Under the pieces are notes generated by a model. The model was given only the letters and a program-made list of their open reading frames with translations, ran no database searches and was not told the DNA's origin. This document shows positions 61,448-64,000 of a stretch of DNA of 64,000 nt, piece by piece. Position 1 is the first letter of the stretch; each line of letters opens with the position of its first letter. Source of the stretch: Paraspadella gotoi (taxonomy: Eukaryota; Animalia; Chaetognatha); NCBI GenBank assembly GCA_051294375.1, contig CM119267.1:24687783-24751782 (forward strand). Direction: 5' to 3'. Both the position numbers and the translations under genes were made by a program.

Positions 61448-61875
61448 CTCTCTGTCTCTCAATCCGCTTAGCCAATTGGCTGCCATCTTCATTGAAGACC
61501 AACCACCGACTTTTTCCCTCTCGACCCGAATCATCTTTTTTCTCTATCCCACTTCTCTTTCTTCTCTATCTTCTCTTTCTTCTTACTTCTCTTTCTTCCC
61601 TTTTTTCTTCTTCTTTCTTCTCTTTCTCCTCTTTCTCCTCTTTCTCCTCTTTCTTCTTAATTTTTATTCTTCATACTTCCCTTTTTATCTTTCTCTTATT
61701 TTTCTTCCTCCCCTCTTCCCTTTCCTTTCTCTTTCCTTTCCTTTCTTTCTTCCTTTCTTTCCTTTCCTTTTCTTTCCTTCCTCTTCCCTTTCCTTTCTCC
61801 TTCTCTCGAATTTCATCCTTCTCCCTCAAAAATCTCTCTCGCTCTCGCTCCGTCTTTTTTGGAGCCGTCTCTCTC

Positions 61876-61964
<89 letters not shown>

Positions 61965-62049
61965 CCGTCTCAACTTGGCATCGCCATATTTGGCGTTAAT
62001 GGTGATTGCGATGCTGCTGATCTCATTGTGAAATCTCTCTCTCTTCTCT

Positions 62050-62097
<48 letters not shown>

Positions 62098-62535
62098 TTT
62101 ATAAAGAAATGAATCTTAAGCATCATTCACTTTTTTTAGTGAATATTTTTCACTGTAAAGATTTCCGTTTTGAGTTTTAACCGACTTCACTGTATCTCTT
62201 TTGGTTTGGCACAAATTCTCAATCCCTCATTTAACCACGGCTACAGTCGTGACTTTTAGTCTCACTTTTTGATCAGTGGGTCCGTCCATCTATCACAGTT
62301 CTTCAGATAGGGCGAAAAAGACAATCGAAATACACCATCTGTGGAACCAAATAAATCTGAAAGTACTTAGTCTGGAGGAGGGCCAAGGGGCGTTAGTAAA
62401 AATTTTTTAAGGCCGTTTTTTTTTTTAAAAGGCTTTTAAAGTTAATAGGTTATTTTATTATAAGTTTTAGTTAATCTTTTTTATCAATTATGGAAAAAGT
62501 AGAGACATTTTTTAAAATCTATATGTCAATATATA

Positions 62536-62820
62536 TGTAGTCGGGCATTGCCTAGGTTCACCCCGCTTATAAGCATGACACCTTCAGTCCTGACCCGGTG
62601 GCTCATTGAGTAAAGCCATCAGCTCATGACCACTAGGTACCGGGTTCAATCCCAACCCGATGCCTACCCTGCGGGAAGCGTGAGGACGGCCGTAAGCCGT
62701 CTTGGGGGCGTGGCAACCACTCAAGCCTGGTTCCACGCCCAGGACCCGTTCCATAGCTACTAAAGGGGGTTATAGAAGTTACGGATGGTCATCTTCAGCC
62801 CACGTAGCGCCTTATCCACG
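62536..62820 (+). mobile_element. About 285-bp element with an internal tRNA-like segment
   Basis: Starts tgtagtcggg; A box tggctcattgag, CAT loop, B box ggttcaatcc at about 62592-62655; relatives at 9472-9710 and 7425-7543. Confidence 0.7.
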
Positions 62821-62986
62821 TATATACATCGTAAGATTATACATAATAATAATTATAATATTATAATATATATATCAATATCTAAAAGCGGAGTGAGAGG
62901 TCACTCCCAGTCTTCCACGACTTTTGGGTCTTTGTCATCTATCAAATCTTTCGTTACTGTCATCATTTTAATTTTTTCTGTCATTC

Positions 62987-63035
<49 letters not shown>

Positions 63036-63499
63036 ACTCCCTGAGTGTCAGTTCCTAAAATTGTCTCGCCTATCTCCAATATCTTCGTCTCTGTCTCTGT
63101 CAAACTCGATATCTCGACCTCTTATGGACATTGAGGTCGCGGAAGACTTTTGAAACCAGATTGGGAGCACGGAAGGAAGGGCCCGAGGCATGGAAGGCAT
63201 GACTGGAGACATAGTTGCCAGGTTTATCGAGGCATGGAAAGCAGGACTACATGATAAGTAGGACTCTAGGAAAATTTAAGCGCAAGAAAAAACGTACGAA
63301 TTAGTTAAAACTTAAATCTTAAATCTCTCTAAATCTTAAATCTCTCTAAATCTTAAATCTAATCTTGTTTTCTTCATCATTTTCTTTTTCATATTTCCTA
63401 ATACTATTTCCCCTCTCCTTCTTTCTCCTCTTCTTTCCTCTCTTCTCCTTACCTTTCTCCTTCTTTCCTATCTCTTTCATTCCTCTTTCTTCCTTTCTC

Positions 63500-63730
63500 T
63501 CTCCTTTCCTCTCTCCTCTTTTCCTCTCTCCTACTTTCCTCTATCCTCCTTTTCTTTATCTCCTTTCCACTCTCCTCCTTCCCTCTCTCCTCCTTTCCTC
63601 TCTCCTCCTTTCCACTCTCCTCCTTCCCTCTCTCCTCCTTTCCTCTCTCCCTCTTCCCTCTCTCCTCCTTCCCTCTCTCCTCCTTTCCTCTCTCCTTCTT
63701 CCCTCTCTCCTCCTTTCCTCCCTTCCACTC
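63500..63730. repeat. About 15-bp pyrimidine minisatellite
   Basis: Repeated ctctctcctcctttc variants. Confidence 0.8.
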
Positions 63731-64000
63731 AACAAAAAAATAAAAGATTAAAATTCGATCTCACAACAAAAAAATCATTGTTTGTCATTTTGTTTTTCTT
63801 TCTTTTTATTTTTCAGCCACCGTCGTCGCCGTCTTCTCGCCACCAGCGCCACCAACGGCGAGAAACGTCGCGAATGTCTGTACCTCGAGTTCTTAACATC
63901 TGTGCCTATCTCCTTCTAACCATCTCAATCCGTCTTAATCTTTTTAACTTATTTTCGATCTTCTTTTCATTTTTTACCCTTTTTTTATTCTTACCATACT

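Overview
AT-rich eukaryotic (probably invertebrate animal) genomic DNA with many microsatellites and assembly gaps; most ORFs in the supplied track are low-complexity noise. Reading splice sites by hand gives two real multi-exon genes. (1) A minus-strand glycosyltransferase family 92 (DUF23, galt-1-like) gene with at least 9 coding exons from 21234 down to 1703. (2) A plus-strand 13-exon gene (11677-20816, about 1090 aa) for an unusually long XK-related (Xkr/CED-8 scramblase-like) membrane protein, lying wholly inside the 12.2-kb intron of the GT92 gene. Two of its introns fit best with non-canonical GG and GA donors, although canonical alternatives exist. About 17.3-38.1 kb is a giant inverted repeat whose indel-rich right arm ends at a 25-N gap, most likely a long-read gap-filling artefact. 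The remainder is dispersed repeats (Helentron/DINE-like elements, MITEs, tRNA-derived elements, TG...CA solo-LTR-like elements), minisatellites, noisy sequence and a few weak orphan exon candidates. All gene models are manual and lack transcript support.
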